A DNA stretch of 64,000 nt from Rhodocyclaceae bacterium. Lineage in GTDB: Bacteria; Pseudomonadota; Gammaproteobacteria; Burkholderiales; Rhodocyclaceae. This document shows, one piece after another, positions 21,151 to 29,293 of this stretch (the first letter of the stretch is position 1; every line of letters starts with the position of its first letter). The notes below the pieces were generated by a model. It was not told the origin of the DNA. It made no database searches and saw only the letters and a program-made list of their open reading frames with translations. The position numbers were made by a program, and so were the translations under genes. The stretch spans positions 6,142-70,141 of the forward strand of contig JASGFB010000002.1 of assembly GCA_047605765.1 (NCBI GenBank), in the 5' to 3' direction.

Positions 21151-23006
21151 TGCTTGCGCCCGCGTCACCCTATCCGGATGGGCCGCGCGTACTGGCCGAT
21201 ATCGGCGCCACCAACACGCGCTTTGCTCTCGAGCGTGCGCCCGGCGTGATCGAGCGGATCGAAGTCTTCGCCACTGCCGATTTCGCCGGCGTGGAAGATG
21301 TCTTTCGCACGTACACGCGGCGCGTGAAGGCGGGCGACATGGCCCATGCGGCGATCGCCATTGCCAATCCGATCGATGGCGATCGCGTGCGCATGACCAA
21401 CCGTGACTGGTCGTTTTCGATCGAGGCGACGCGACGCTCGCTTGATCTGGCGACGCTGCTGGTGGTCAATGACTTTACCGCGCTGGCGATGGCCATTCCG
21501 CAACTGACGGCGAATCAGCGCATGCAGATCGGTGGTGGGGTGCCGCGCGAGAATGCCGTCATCGGCCTGCTCGGGCCGGGTACCGGCCTGGGCATCTCGG
21601 GGCTGATCCCCACCGAAGATCGCTGGATCACGCTCGGCAGCGAGGGCGGCCATGCCAGCTTCGCCCCCGGCGACGAGCGTGAAGTGTTCGTGCTGCAATA
21701 TCTGTGGCAGCGCTTTCCGCATGTATCGGCTGAGCGCCTGGTGTCCGGCCCCGGCATCGAATGGTGTTACGAAGCACTGGCCGTGCGGGCCGGGGTGGCG
21801 CGGCGCCCCTTGCGTACACCGGCCATTGTCGAGGCGGCGCTGGCTGGCAGCGATGCCATCTGCGTTGAGGCGGTGGAGTGCTTCTGCGCCATGCTCGGTA
21901 CGGTGGCGGCTGACCTGGCGCTGACGCTGGGGGCGTTCGGCGGCATCTACATCGGCGGTGGTATCGTGCCGCGCCTGAGCGAGCGTTTCCTGGCCTCCGC
22001 CTTCCGGCCACGTTTCGAGTCGAAAGGGCGGTTTTCGGAATACCTCACGCAGGTGCCCAGCTACGTCATCACGGCACCGTACCCGACCTTCCTCGGCGTC
22101 TCGGCAATCTTGTCGGAGTCGCTGCGCGGCAAGGGGGGCGAGAGCCCGCTGATCGAGATCGTGAGGGCTGCGCGCGAGCGCTTGTCGCGGGCCGAACAGC
22201 AGGTGGCGGAGCTGGCCATTTCACGTCCGCGCGCGGTGCTCAACGAACCCATCGCCGAGATCGCGCGGCAGGCGGCGGTGAGCCAACCGACGGTGATCCG
22301 CTTCTGTCGCTCATTGGGCTTTCAGGGTTTGTCCGATTTCAAGCTCAAGCTCGCCTCCGGCCTCACCGGCACGGTGCCCATCCGGCATAGCCAGGTGCGC
22401 CATGGCGACACTGCGCCGGACATCAGTGCCAAGGTGCTCGACAACACGGTGTCGGCGATTCTGCGTCTGCGCGACAGCCTCAATACGGCGGCCGTGGCCG
22501 AGGCAACCGAACTGTTGCGCAATGCGCGGCGCATCGAGCTTTACGGCATCGGCAATTCCGGCGTGGTGGCGCAGGACGGGCAGCACAAGTTCTTCCGCTT
22601 CCGCATCCCGACCTCGGCGTATCCGGATTCGCATATCCAGCAGATGGCGGCGCAGTTGCTGGGGCCCGACGACGTGGTGGTGGCGATTTCGAGTCGCGGG
22701 CGCATCCCTGCGTTGCTGGAAGTGGTGGACGTGGCTCTGGCAGCCGGCGCCAAGGTGATCGCCATCACCGCCGGACAGTCGCCTCTGGCGCGCAAGGCGA
22801 CGGTGTGCATCCCGGTCGACCATTCGGAAGAGCGACCCAACTTCATCGCCATGATTTCGCGCATCCTGCACCTTCTGGTGATCGACGTGCTGGCGGTCGG
22901 CGTGGCCCTGCAGCGCACCGACATCGCTCAGATCCAGCAGTGGGCCGGCATGATCGATGAAGAAGAGCGCGAAGCGCTGCCGCACCGCATCTCGCACATC
23001 GGCTGA
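21150..23006 (+). CDS. Glucokinase-RpiR/HexR transcription regulator fusion
   Basis: N-terminal Glk fold ([22 protein letters not shown]); C-terminal RpiR HTH ([14 protein letters not shown]) plus SIS domain (YGIGNS). Confidence 0.9.
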   Translation: MLAPASPYPDGPRVLADIGATNTRFALERAPGVIERIEVFATADFAGVEDVFRTYTRRVKAGDMAHAAIAIANPIDGDRVRMTNRDWSFSIEATRRSLDLATLLVVNDFTALAMAIPQLTANQRMQIGGGVPRENAVIGLLGPGTGLGISGLIPTEDRWITLGSEGGHASFAPGDEREVFVLQYLWQRFPHVSAERLVSGPGIEWCYEALAVRAGVARRPLRTPAIVEAALAGSDAICVEAVECFCAMLGTVAADLALTLGAFGGIYIGGGIVPRLSERFLASAFRPRFESKGRFSEYLTQVPSYVITAPYPTFLGVSAILSESLRGKGGESPLIEIVRAARERLSRAEQQVAELAISRPRAVLNEPIAEIARQAAVSQPTVIRFCRSLGFQGLSDFKLKLASGLTGTVPIRHSQVRHGDTAPDISAKVLDNTVSAILRLRDSLNTAAVAEATELLRNARRIELYGIGNSGVVAQDGQHKFFRFRIPTSAYPDSHIQQMAAQLLGPDDVVVAISSRGRIPALLEVVDVALAAGAKVIAITAGQSPLARKATVCIPVDHSEERPNFIAMISRILHLLVIDVLAVGVALQRTDIAQIQQWAGMIDEEEREALPHRISHIG

Positions 23007-23084
23007 GCGTGGGCGGAGTAACATGCCGCCTGCTGGCGGCGCGGCGGGTGCCACGCCCATCGATAGACGGACAGAGGATTCCAC

Positions 23085-23858
23085 ATGGACTTGGGACTGA
23101 ATGGCAAGGTCGCCCTCATCACGGGGGGCAGTGACGGCATCGGCAAGGCGACGGCAAAGTTGCTGGCGGCCGAAGGGGTGTCGGTGGCGATCGTGGCGCG
23201 TCGCCCGGATGTGCTGGCGGCAGCGGCCGACGAGATCCGCAATGCCGGTGGCAAGGTGCTGCCCATCGCAGCCGATATCTCCGATCCGCACGAGGCGCAG
23301 CGTGTGGTCAAGGAGACGGCGGCGCGTTTCGGTCGTCTGGACATCGTGGTCAACAACGCGGGCACGTCGGCGGCACAGCCTTTCGAATCGGTGACGGACG
23401 AAGCCTGGCAGCACGATCTGGATCTCAAGCTGTTCGCGGCCATCCGCGTTGCGCGCTGCGCCGTGCCGCATCTGCGCCACCAAGGGGGTGGCCGCATCAT
23501 CAACGTCACTGCCATCGGTGGCAAGCACCCTGGCGCCAAGTCCATGCCCAGTTCGGTCAGCCGTGCGGCCGGCATCGCGCTGACCAAGGCTTTGTCCAAG
23601 GAACTGGGACCCGATCGCATCCTGGTCAACACCGTGTGCATCGGGCTGGTAAAGAGCGGGCAGCAAGCCGCAGCAGCGGCCCGCAACGGACTGTCGGCGG
23701 ACGACTATTACACCAAGCTGGGTGAAACCGTACCGCTGGGGCGCGTGGGCGAGGCCGACGAAGTGGCACAGGTGATCACGTTCCTGGCCTCGAATGCGGC
23801 GAGCTATGTGACGGGCACCAGCATCAACCTGGACGGTGGCTTGTCGAGCTCGATCTGA
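23085..23858 (+). CDS. SDR oxidoreductase, atypical (no catalytic Tyr)
   Basis: TGGSDGIG and VNNAG; SSVSRAAG at the YxxxK position. Confidence 0.85.
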   Translation: MDLGLNGKVALITGGSDGIGKATAKLLAAEGVSVAIVARRPDVLAAAADEIRNAGGKVLPIAADISDPHEAQRVVKETAARFGRLDIVVNNAGTSAAQPFESVTDEAWQHDLDLKLFAAIRVARCAVPHLRHQGGGRIINVTAIGGKHPGAKSMPSSVSRAAGIALTKALSKELGPDRILVNTVCIGLVKSGQQAAAAARNGLSADDYYTKLGETVPLGRVGEADEVAQVITFLASNAASYVTGTSINLDGGLSSSI

Positions 23859-23876
23859 GCCGATCGTGCGTCAGTA

Positions 23877-23907
23877 ACAAAAAAGCCGCCCATGGGCGGC
23901 TTTTTGT
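23877..23907. terminator. Bidirectional intrinsic terminator
   Basis: acaaaaaagccgcc-catg-ggcggctttttgt. Confidence 0.85.
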
Positions 23908-23934
23908 GTGGCGGCAGCGGGCAAGCAGGGCGCC

Positions 23935-23975
23935 CAAAAGAAAACAGCCCGGGCCGCATACGCAACCCGGGCTGT
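23935..23975 (-). terminator. Intrinsic terminator after rpsD paralog
   Basis: acagcccggg...cccgggctgt stem followed by a U-rich tail on the minus strand. Confidence 0.65.
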
Positions 23976-23999
23976 CGATGCTGCCTGGTGGGGTGTCGA

Positions 24000-24611
24000 T
24001 TACATGCGCGTGGCGTAGTATTCGACGACCAGCTGCATTTCGACCGGGAACGGAATGTCCGTGATGCCCGGCAGATGCGAAATCGTAGCCTTGGCAGCGG
24101 CATCATCCCATTGCAGCCATTCAGCGCGGGTCAGCGCCGGATCGGCAATGGTTTCCTTGATGATGCCAAGGCTCTTGCTCTTTTCGCGCACGGTGATGAC
24201 GTCACCGATACGCACGCGGTACGACGGGATGTTCACCGGCTTGCCGTTGACCAGGAAGTGGCCGTGGTTCACCAGTTGGCGGCCCGACGGGATGGTCGGC
24301 GCAAAGCCTGCGCGGAACACCACGTTGTCCAGGCGGCGCTCGAGCAGTTGCGCGAGCTTGTCGCCGGTGGCGCCACGGTCGTTCTTGGCTTCAGCCATGA
24401 GGCGACGGATCTGGGTTTCCGTCAGGCCGTAATTCATGCGCAGCTTTTGCTTTTCCATCAGCTGGTTGCCGAAACCCGACTTGCGGCGGGGGCGGGCACC
24501 GTGCTGGCCCGGGGGATTTGGGCGGTTTTCGATGGTCTTGCGGGACAAACCGGGCAGGTCAATACCCAAGGCACGCATGACCTTGAGGCGAGGGCCAGTA
24601 AAACGAGACAT
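24000..24611 (-). CDS. rpsD: 30S ribosomal protein S4, orphan Cys-free paralog (203 aa)
   Basis: MSRFTGPRLK, PPGQHG, QLMEKQKLR, LLERRLDNVVFRAG, RQLVNHGH and LVVEYY; no neighbouring rpsK or rpoA. Confidence 0.95.
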   Translation of the reverse strand: MSRFTGPRLKVMRALGIDLPGLSRKTIENRPNPPGQHGARPRRKSGFGNQLMEKQKLRMNYGLTETQIRRLMAEAKNDRGATGDKLAQLLERRLDNVVFRAGFAPTIPSGRQLVNHGHFLVNGKPVNIPSYRVRIGDVITVREKSKSLGIIKETIADPALTRAEWLQWDDAAAKATISHLPGITDIPFPVEMQLVVEYYATRM

Positions 24612-24691
24612 CAAACTTCTCCAGAAATGTTGTTCAACGCAATGGGCATTGCCCCATCGGGACACGCACTGCGTTGCGGGCTCTGAGCCCG

Positions 24692-24886
24692 CTACTTTGT
24701 CAATATGAGCTTACCGCTGCGGGTAGCCCGAAGAGTATACAACATTCCGAGGTGTTCAATGAAGACCAATGTGCCGCCGCCCAGGAGCGCGCGGCTTGAT
24801 ACGGTCTGCACGGTGGCGGTGTGCGTCGGATGCGGCAGGGGATGCACGGTGTCGAGAGCGGCGGAGGTGGCGATCTGTTGGGTCAT
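24692..24886 (-). CDS. hemP: Hemin uptake protein HemP family
   Basis: SRALLGG...VFIEHLGMLYTLRATRSGKLILTK signature; AAGGA RBS. Confidence 0.88.
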   Translation of the reverse strand: MTQQIATSAALDTVHPLPHPTHTATVQTVSSRALLGGGTLVFIEHLGMLYTLRATRSGKLILTK

Positions 24887-24896
24887 GGCGTCCTTA

Positions 24897-24915
24897 AATG
24901 CAAATCGTTCGCATT
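24897..24915. promoter_or_regulatory. Fur-box-like palindrome immediately upstream of hemP
   Basis: AATGCAAATCGTTCGCATT within TAAATGC...GCATTTA; resembles the AATGAGAATCATTCTCATT Fur box form. Confidence 0.7.
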
Positions 24916-25272
24916 TACAGATTGAATATCTCCACAACTATTTTGTCAAGAACAAAGCCGGTGCCGGTTTGATTCCGGGCATCTACCCGAGCCCGGGTCC
25001 GGTGGTGGCTTGACGTCAAGGTTATGTGAAATCAAACGGTTAAGAAGTCAGACAACTGTGCTTGTTGGAGTTTTTGTGTTTGCGTTATCAATTCCACCAA
25101 ATATAGCGGAAAGGGCCGTATTACAGATTGTTTGACAACTCGCGTCTTTTGGGAGGACGATGCGCGCCAGCCCATACACGCCTTAACGCGAGGTGGTGTG
25201 GGACACATACCAAGAGGGTGGATCGGTCGCGAAATGTTACCGGTCCTATATTTCCACCGAGGAGACATATCC

Positions 25273-27630
25273 ATGCACATGATCGTGCAGCGTCGCGGCT
25301 TGGCCGCCGCGCTCAGCATGTCGTTCCTGTTTGCGCTGACAGCATGCGGCGGGGACGACGATTCCAACGGTTCTAGCAACGCATCGTCCAGTGCGGGCGC
25401 GTCCAGCTCCACTTCGAGCGCCGCGTCGTCCACCGGTACCACCATTCCGCTGGTCGCCCATGCCACCGGTTGGGCCACCATGCAGGGCGGCGTGAGCGGC
25501 GGTGCCGGCGCCGCCAGTACCAATATCTACGTGGTGAGCACGCGCGCGCAGTTGCGTGATGCCCTGGCCAACGTCAACAGCCCGAACTATGCGACCAACG
25601 CCACCGCCGCCAAGGCTGAAGCGAAGATCATCTATATCGACGGCAGTATCTACGGTACCGACCTGGGCAACGGCAGCTTCGCCGATGAGGCGTACTACAA
25701 CAGCCAGGCGTCGATGCTGAAGAAGCCCTGGGATTTCCAGGCCTATCTGCACTTGGTCGATGCTGATCAGACCTACGTGAACAACCTCAAGACCAAGAGC
25801 GCGGCGGGCGACGCCGCTGCCACGGCTGAGCTGACGACCATCAACAACCAGACCTCGGCCCGCACGGCCGGTGCCCAGTTGCAGAAGGCGCAGATCCAGT
25901 TCTCGATCCCGTCGAACACCACCATCCTCGGTGTGGGCGCGAAAGCCAAGATCATCGACGGCTACTTCGAGGTGAACGGCACCAGCAACATCATCGTGCG
26001 CAACGTCGAATTCCAGGCGCCGCAGGATCTCTTCCCGGCCTGGGATGGTTCAGATGGCGATACGGGCAACTGGAACTCGCGCTACGACTCGTTCTCGGTG
26101 GTGACCGGCAAGTACATGTGGATCGACCACTGCACCTTCAGCGACGGTGCGCACCTGGACAGCCAGGAGCCGGTGATCTTCGGCAAGCACGTGCAACGCC
26201 ATGACGGCCTGCTGGATTTCGAAGACGGCTCCGACTTTGTGACGGTGTCGCACAACATCTTCAGGAATCACGACAAGACCAACATGATCGGCTCGGGTGA
26301 TTCGCAGGGCTCGAAGGATCGCGGCAAATTCCACATGACGTGGTCGGGCAACCTGTGGGAGAACTCGCAGGAGCGCGCACCGCGCGTGCGTTTCGGCCAG
26401 GTCCACCTGTACAACAACTACGGCGTGGGCAACACCGACGATCCCGATTACCCGATGATCAGCCGCAATGCCGGCAGCGCGCATTATTTCATCGGCATGG
26501 GCATCGAATCGTCGATCCTGTCCGAAACCAATGCCTTCGTGCAGACCGGTTCGAAAGTGAATCGCGATGTGGTGGTGGATAACTTCTACGGCTACATGCT
26601 CAAGGACAACGGTTCGTGGTTCAACGGCGAACCGCTGGTCATCAATGACATCGCCAAGGCCAAGTACGACGCCAACAAGGCCAAGGAAGTCGCCGCCGCT
26701 GCTGCCGCCAGCCGTGCCGTGGCCGATTGGGCAACGCACGAGTTCACCAATGAACTGGGTTGGACGCCGGCGTATCCCTACACGCTGGGCAAGAGCGCCG
26801 ATGACGTGCGCAACTACGTGCTGACCAATGCTGGTGCGGGCAAGCTGGCGATCGTCGCCGACACCGCCAATGGCCGGCCGGATTTCAACGGTGGTTACGC
26901 CGATCCGAATTCGAGTTCGTCCAGTTCGTCGTCTTCGTCGTCGAGCTCGAGTTCGTCCAGCTCGTCGAGCCTGCCGGCCGGCGCTGAAATCACGCTGGAT
27001 GGCGCTACCCTCGGGACGGCGCGTGCCATCGGCGGTGCCGCCGCCACGGCCGCTTACGACACCGTCTCCAGCACGTATACGCTGACCGGTTCGGGCGCCA
27101 TCGGCCTGGTGACCGCGCCGACGTCCTCCGACTCGCTCGAATATGCGTACAAGCAGATCACGGGTGACTTCGTCATCACTGCGCGCCTGACTTCGCTGGA
27201 AATCCCGACGGGCATCTCGACCGCCAACATCCGCGCCGGCCTCATGCTGCGCAACAGCCTGGATGCCGGTTCGCGCTTCTACGCCGTGCTGTTCCGCGGC
27301 AACAACGCGGCCCGCTGGGAGCAGCGCAAGATCGACAATGACACCAGCGCACCGTCGTCGTCGAACCTGACGGCGCCGAGTGGTGTGACGACGATTCCGA
27401 CGCCCTCCGCGAGCTCGCCGATCTACCTGAAGCTGCAGCGGGCCGGCCAGGTCATCACAGTGTGGTATTCGATCGATGGCTCCAACTGGTCGACCACCAA
27501 GTCGCAAGACTTCTCGGCGAGCGGCTACACGGCACTCGATAACACGGTCTACATCGGTCTGGCCGGCGTATCGGGCCTTGCCAGCGTGACCTCCAAGAGC
27601 GTCTTCGACCAAGTGACCATCACGCCGTAA
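25273..27630 (+). CDS. Lipoprotein pectate lyase (PL1) with Ser-rich linkers and a C-terminal concanavalin-like beta-sandwich
   Basis: Lipobox LTAC; SNTTILG, NIIVRN, WIDHCTF, HDGLLD and RAPRVRFGQVHLYNNY PL1 motifs; GGAG RBS. Confidence 0.88.
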   Translation: MHMIVQRRGLAAALSMSFLFALTACGGDDDSNGSSNASSSAGASSSTSSAASSTGTTIPLVAHATGWATMQGGVSGGAGAASTNIYVVSTRAQLRDALANVNSPNYATNATAAKAEAKIIYIDGSIYGTDLGNGSFADEAYYNSQASMLKKPWDFQAYLHLVDADQTYVNNLKTKSAAGDAAATAELTTINNQTSARTAGAQLQKAQIQFSIPSNTTILGVGAKAKIIDGYFEVNGTSNIIVRNVEFQAPQDLFPAWDGSDGDTGNWNSRYDSFSVVTGKYMWIDHCTFSDGAHLDSQEPVIFGKHVQRHDGLLDFEDGSDFVTVSHNIFRNHDKTNMIGSGDSQGSKDRGKFHMTWSGNLWENSQERAPRVRFGQVHLYNNYGVGNTDDPDYPMISRNAGSAHYFIGMGIESSILSETNAFVQTGSKVNRDVVVDNFYGYMLKDNGSWFNGEPLVINDIAKAKYDANKAKEVAAAAAASRAVADWATHEFTNELGWTPAYPYTLGKSADDVRNYVLTNAGAGKLAIVADTANGRPDFNGGYADPNSSSSSSSSSSSSSSSSSSSSLPAGAEITLDGATLGTARAIGGAAATAAYDTVSSTYTLTGSGAIGLVTAPTSSDSLEYAYKQITGDFVITARLTSLEIPTGISTANIRAGLMLRNSLDAGSRFYAVLFRGNNAARWEQRKIDNDTSAPSSSNLTAPSGVTTIPTPSASSPIYLKLQRAGQVITVWYSIDGSNWSTTKSQDFSASGYTALDNTVYIGLAGVSGLASVTSKSVFDQVTITP
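26911..26970 (+). repeat. Poly-serine linker (20 Ser) encoded by mixed Ser codons
   Basis: tcgagttcgtccagttcgtcgtcttcg... between the lyase and C-terminal domains. Confidence 0.85.
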
Positions 27631-27678
27631 CGAACAGCCTCTCCAGCTGTCCCCAGCCGCTCTTCGGGGCGGCCCTTG

Positions 27679-27713
27679 CGCCCGACAGGTTCGCCTGCCG
27701 GGCGTTTTTGTTT
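27679..27713 (+). terminator. Intrinsic terminator after the pectate lyase gene
   Basis: cgcccgacagg-ttcg-cctgccgggcg followed by ttttt. Confidence 0.85.
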
Positions 27714-27787
27714 GATTGCACTTGGGTATATCGTCGCCCGAATTGGAGATGATGCGGGAATGTCTTCAGTGCGCAGAGGAGGGGGAT

Positions 27788-28279
27788 GTGGCCAGGCCAT
27801 CATTGGCTGGTGCGTGGAGCGCCTTCATGACCGTGCGCGTCCCGGTGCGGGAGGTGGGAAAAATCATCGGAGGGAAGGTCCAGCAGAATATTGAGATGTC
27901 AAAGGGCGGATTTGACAACGCTTGTCCTATCCGAATGAGTTACGTTCTGAATGTGACTGGGTTTCCCATTCCCAAAACCGGCTTGCACGCAATGGTAAGC
28001 GGTGCGGATGGAAGTCAGTATATTTACCGTCTTGTCGACATGATGGGCTACTTGGAGAGGGCTTTCGGAAAGCCGGACAAAACGGTTCGATCACCAACGG
28101 AAGCGGATTTTGCTCGCACGAAGGGCATCATCGTGGTGAAAGGATATGGATGGCGAGGTGCAAGGGGTCATGTGACGCTGTGGAACGGCAGCGCTTGTGC
28201 CGATAGCTGCCACCTGTTGAATGACCCCGACAACGGTTCTTTCGTCGCAGAGGTAGCTCATTTATGGTTACTGCATTGA
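27788..28279 (+). CDS. tae4: Type VI secretion peptidoglycan amidase effector, Tae4 family
   Basis: GTG start after GAGGAGG; NACPIRMSYVLN (catalytic Cys), KGIIVV and ARGHVTLWNG (catalytic His), CHLLNDPDNG. Confidence 0.9.
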   Translation: MARPSLAGAWSAFMTVRVPVREVGKIIGGKVQQNIEMSKGGFDNACPIRMSYVLNVTGFPIPKTGLHAMVSGADGSQYIYRLVDMMGYLERAFGKPDKTVRSPTEADFARTKGIIVVKGYGWRGARGHVTLWNGSACADSCHLLNDPDNGSFVAEVAHLWLLH

Positions 28280-28659
28280 AAAATGCCGTCCTCGTCGCGG
28301 CTGTTATGGGGTTGTCGACAACAAGTGGTGGAGTGCGTGCGGAGCGGTATGAGATCTACGAATATTCGCAGAAGACCTTGTTGAAGAATTGGGCGTTGAG
28401 TGTCTGCCTCGCTGGCGTTGCCAAGGATGAATGGCATCGCGAGGACGCCAATGCCAGTGCCAGTGCCTATCTTGAATTTGGACGCCAGCCGATCGAAGCC
28501 TATGAAGAATTGCGTGACCTCGCGTCCAAATATGAAGCACGTATCTATAGCCACAGCAGCTCGGTCAAGTCGGAGCTGAACACAATGAAGTGCATCGACC
28601 TGTTTCACAGCAAGGAACTCAATGCGTTGGCGACACAATGGGTCAAGAAATACCCCTGA
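28264..28659 (+). CDS. tai4: T6SS amidase immunity protein Tai4, copy 1 (start may be TTG at 28276)
   Basis: Signal peptide; YSQxxLLKNWALSxCLA, ASAYLEFG and NTMKCIDLFH. Confidence 0.9.
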   Translation: MVTALKNAVLVAAVMGLSTTSGGVRAERYEIYEYSQKTLLKNWALSVCLAGVAKDEWHREDANASASAYLEFGRQPIEAYEELRDLASKYEARIYSHSSSVKSELNTMKCIDLFHSKELNALATQWVKKYP

Positions 28660-28706
28660 AGGCTCTTGCGAGCAGCATGCCCCGTCCTGAATTGCGTCGC
28701 TCAGAT

Positions 28707-28835
28707 ATGGATGGTGCAAAGGGTCATGTGACGCTGTGGAACGGCAGCGCTTGTGCCGATAGCTGCCACCTGTTGAATGACCCCGACAACGGTTCTTTCG
28801 TCGCAGAGGTAGCTCATTTATGGTTACTGCATTGA
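28707..28835 (+). pseudogene. Truncated tae4 C-terminal fragment (42 codons)
   Basis: MDGAKGHVTLWNG...HLWLLH; lacks the catalytic Cys region. Confidence 0.8.
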
Positions 28836-29215
28836 AAAATGCCGTCCTCGTCGCGGCTGTTATGGGGTTGTCGACAACAAGTGGTGGAGTGCGTGCGGAG
28901 CGGCACGAGATCTACGAATATTCGCAGAGGACTTTGTTGAAGAACTGGGCACTGAGTGTCTGCCTTGCAAAGGTGTCTAAGGATGAATGGCATCGCGAGG
29001 ACGCCAATGCCAGTGCCGGTGCCTATCTTGAATTCGGGCGCCAGCCGATTGAGGCCTATGAAGAATTGCGTGACCTTGCGTCCAAATATGCGGCGCGTAC
29101 CTATAGCAGCAGTAATTCGGCTGAAGCCGAGCTGAACACGATGAAGTGCATCGACCTGTTTCACAGCAAGGAACTCAATGCATTGGCGAGGCGGTGGGTC
29201 AAGAAACACCCTTGA
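28820..29215 (+). CDS. tai4: T6SS amidase immunity protein Tai4, copy 2
   Basis: 15 of 131 residues differ from copy 1 by manual alignment; same motifs. Confidence 0.9.
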   Translation: MVTALKNAVLVAAVMGLSTTSGGVRAERHEIYEYSQRTLLKNWALSVCLAKVSKDEWHREDANASAGAYLEFGRQPIEAYEELRDLASKYAARTYSSSNSAEAELNTMKCIDLFHSKELNALARRWVKKHP

Positions 29216-29240
29216 TCGCTCTTGTGAGCAGAGCACGAAC

Positions 29241-29272
29241 AAAAAGGCCACCTTGCGGTGGCCTTTCGTTTT
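29241..29272. terminator. Bidirectional terminator between tai4 and typA
   Basis: aaaaaggccacc-ttgc-ggtggcctttcgtttt. Confidence 0.82.
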
Positions 29273-29293
29273 GCGGTGCGCTGCGGGGCGGGT

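Larger units (their letters stand above)
28143..29231 (+). repeat. Tandem direct repeat, period 556 bp (tae4 3' end plus tai4)
   Basis: About 28143-28675 versus 28704-29231; 28165-28347 is identical to 28721-28903. Confidence 0.92.

Noticed and set aside
25231-25254. Possible Zur box GAAATGTTACCGGTCCTATATTTC
   Set aside because: Wrong length and a GC-rich centre; it lies by the pel start and fits a LacI-type operator better
28143-29231. CRISPR array or IS interpretation of the direct repeat
   Set aside because: The unit is 556 bp and protein-coding; no spacers, cas genes, transposase or terminal inverted repeats
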